The notes under the pieces: model-generated | Told to the model about the DNA's origin: nothing | Databases searched by the model: none | The model's input: the letters and a program-made list of their open reading frames with translations, nothing else | Translations under genes and position numbers: made by a program | Virus record (IMG/VR): IMGVR_UViG_3300009008_000003 | Direction: 5' to 3' (one strand) | Source of the DNA: a virus | DNA length: 64,000 bases | Shown here: piece after piece, positions 62,441 through 64,000 of the stretch | Numbering within the stretch: the first letter of the stretch is position 1 | Layout of the letters: each line of letters opens with the position of its first letter

Positions 62441-62672
62441 CTTTCAATATTCCTTCTTTAATTAAATGTGCTTTAAACTGCTCTAAGAGTTTAGCTTTGA
62501 CCCGTGTCTTTACGCCCAATATTTGGCGCACCTGCACGCTTGGTGCCTGTCTCCATCTTGGCCCATCCGGGTACTTTACTTCCATTTCTAATTTCTTGTA
62601 TAAAGCTTTAAGCCCGAATGTCTGTATCTGTTCCGGGGTATCCAGAATTGCTACTTTGTCTTTGTCAGTCAT
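62433..62672 (-). CDS. Hypothetical protein (start moved to 62672, MTDKDK...)
   Basis: ATGA overlap with the upstream stop; SD GAAGGAAG. Confidence 0.65.
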   Translation of the reverse strand: MTDKDKVAILDTPEQIQTFGLKALYKKLEMEVKYPDGPRWRQAPSVQVRQILGVKTRVKAKLLEQFKAHLIKEGILKDE

Positions 62673-63415
62673 TTGTCTTCCTTCGGTGTTTGTTTCAAAT
62701 TCTCTGGCAGAGGAGGAGGATGCTCGTTGGCGTCTTGTGGGTGACACCATGTCTGTGTATACGTGCAACTATCGCAAATCCAGCCTTGCTTGGTTGGAAT
62801 AAGCAATTCGCCACATTCGCACGTATATGGGTGTAGATGATCTGCTGCTTGTCTTAATTCAAGGTTTTTTACCTGTTTGTCAGTCCAGGGAGCATAACAC
62901 GATCTTACACTGTCTAAAATATTGGCAATGCGCTGAGCTGCTATTTTACGCTGCTCTTCATTACCATATGTTGCGCAACGACTACATCCCCCAGACATAA
63001 GTGGATTAGCACAAGAACATGCATAGCTGCAAGGTTCCGTAAACAAACATGGACAGCCTGGGTGTGTAGTATGGGTATGATTTTGTTCATAATCATGATC
63101 ATTTCCATCATAAAGTACCAATGCTTCTCGTACTTCTTCGATAGCCGCTCTATAATCACCCGCCACGTGTGGCGACATTAACCCTTCATCGCGTTCCAAC
63201 TCTTTGCTGCCCGCGACTCCATTTAGTACGCTCCACACTCGTTGCTTTGGAAAAGTGTTCTGTTTTTCAACCATCTTATCTGTATTATCGGTAGCAGTGA
63301 TTCGCCTATTAGGAAAAACTGATTTGTTTAACGCGTTTTCAATGATCTCCATAGCAGGTATGCCATCTTCTGATTCTAAGGAAACAATTGCGCGGTCATG
63401 GTGTTTGCTTTTCAT
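62669..63415 (-). CDS. Mosaic hypothetical protein with two Cys-rich (Zn-binding?) segments
   Basis: CPC..PCSYACSC..GGCSRC and HPYTCEC..WICDSC..WCH. Confidence 0.6.
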   Translation of the reverse strand: MKSKHHDRAIVSLESEDGIPAMEIIENALNKSVFPNRRITATDNTDKMVEKQNTFPKQRVWSVLNGVAGSKELERDEGLMSPHVAGDYRAAIEEVREALVLYDGNDHDYEQNHTHTTHPGCPCLFTEPCSYACSCANPLMSGGCSRCATYGNEEQRKIAAQRIANILDSVRSCYAPWTDKQVKNLELRQAADHLHPYTCECGELLIPTKQGWICDSCTYTQTWCHPQDANEHPPPLPENLKQTPKEDK

Positions 63416-63424
63416 GATTCTTTA

Positions 63425-63628
63425 TTATCCTCCTCCGCTTACAGCTTTAGCTACACGCCAATCAAGGCGTCGTATCTCTAGGTCGCCCCACGTATTGGGC
63501 TCGTATCCTATTTCTTTTAAGACTAATTCTTTTGCTTCTTCCTCAGATGAAGCTATAGCAAAAGCAAGCCCATCTGACCAATCTGGAGCAAAGCCTGTCC
63601 AGATGTATAGTTTTAACGATTTTTTCAT
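63425..63628 (-). CDS. Hypothetical protein
   Basis: 67 aa, TAATG overlap. Confidence 0.65.
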   Translation of the reverse strand: MKKSLKLYIWTGFAPDWSDGLAFAIASSEEEAKELVLKEIGYEPNTWGDLEIRRLDWRVAKAVSGGG

Positions 63629-63978
63629 TACTTAAGTTCCTCTAGTTCCGGATACGCTTCATACATTCTTTTTGTGTAGTCTTTGAAGTTTTTGAGTAAC
63701 ACGCCACCGTGGGATGATATCGAGTATAGCCCATATGATAACTCCGGCCCCATTTGCTCAAGTGGAAAATGTTCCAAAAACTTATCGTTCATCATAATAG
63801 CAACTTTGTTATTACTACTAAAACGTTCATCAACTACATCAAATATATAATCCAGAGCATGGTCTATATCACCATGTTTTTTTCGTAGTAGTATTTCATC
63901 TATATCAGCTTGGATGCTTGGAATTATATAACTCATTATACTTTCTTTCGCTTGATTTTCTTTGGTGCTTTTACGCAC
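63628..63978 (-). CDS. Hypothetical protein
   Basis: 116 aa in the minus-strand series. Confidence 0.55.
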   Translation of the reverse strand: MRKSTKENQAKESIMSYIIPSIQADIDEILLRKKHGDIDHALDYIFDVVDERFSSNNKVAIMMNDKFLEHFPLEQMGPELSYGLYSISSHGGVLLKNFKDYTKRMYEAYPELEELK

Positions 63979-64000
63979 TTGACTGCACTCGTATGAGATC

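Noticed and set aside
233-63635. Many 60-235 aa ORFs antisense to or nested in larger genes (e.g. 233..553+, 7398..7820+, 11511..12011+, 22942..23343-, 43290..43742+, 49346..50053-, 59443..59757+, 63204..63635+)
   Set aside because: They are shadows of well-supported genes on the other strand or frame, with low-complexity S/F/L-rich translations and no SD or motifs.
1-64000. CRISPR array
   Set aside because: I saw no run of equal-length repeats with unique spacers. The only dispersed repeat is the 12-13 bp promoter motif.
1-64000. Stop-codon reassignment (TAG or TGA recoding as in some large phages)
   Set aside because: Long genes are intact in the standard code, and TAG (e.g. 3910, 5618, 7466) and TGA (e.g. 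17615) end tightly packed genes.

Overview
This window is a 64-kb piece of a large, AT-rich tailed (myovirus-type, probably jumbo) bacteriophage genome. It uses the standard genetic code, and I found no rRNA, tRNA or CRISPR array. Layout: (1) 1-13.5 kb, minus strand: nucleotide metabolism, replication and recombination (SPFH protein, class II RNR NrdJ, DUF669-like SSB, Sak4-like ATPase, PolB-type exonuclease, WalJ-like MBL nuclease, AEP primase-SF3 helicase fusion, HJ-resolvase-like nuclease, peptide deformylase, SF2 helicase, GT2-like protein). (2) 13.7-40.9 kb, plus strand: virion module (tail chaperones joined by an A-AAT-TTA -1 frameshift, tape measure, hub, an embedded sigma factor, gp25, baseplate J, FN3/LamG/collagen fibres, amidase, portal, secreted C10 protease). 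(3) 41-48 kb, minus strand: MoxR-vWA pair, then a retron-type RT preceded by a ~330-nt structured ncRNA with a 20-bp a1/a2 stem and a candidate branching G, then a 68-aa ORF and a glycosyltransferase, with no canonical retron effector. (4) 48.4-58.9 kb, plus strand: a single-chain, reduced beta-beta' RNA polymerase, a coupled 400-aa unknown and a triple glycosyltransferase. (5) 58.9-64 kb, minus strand: small accessory genes separated by terminator+promoter cassettes, plus a candidate rod-shaped sRNA. Two promoter classes are visible: consensus TTGAC-N17-TAnnnT on plus-strand virion and RNAP genes, and a phage-specific T(A/G)(T/G)GGYATAAG motif (9 copies noticed, all minus strand). Best leads: the effector-less phage retron; the fused RNAP + sigma + promoter-motif transcription system; a possible single-repeat mitochondrial-carrier-like protein; and possible virion glycosylation. 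All family assignments come from motifs read by eye; no database searches or folding programs were run.
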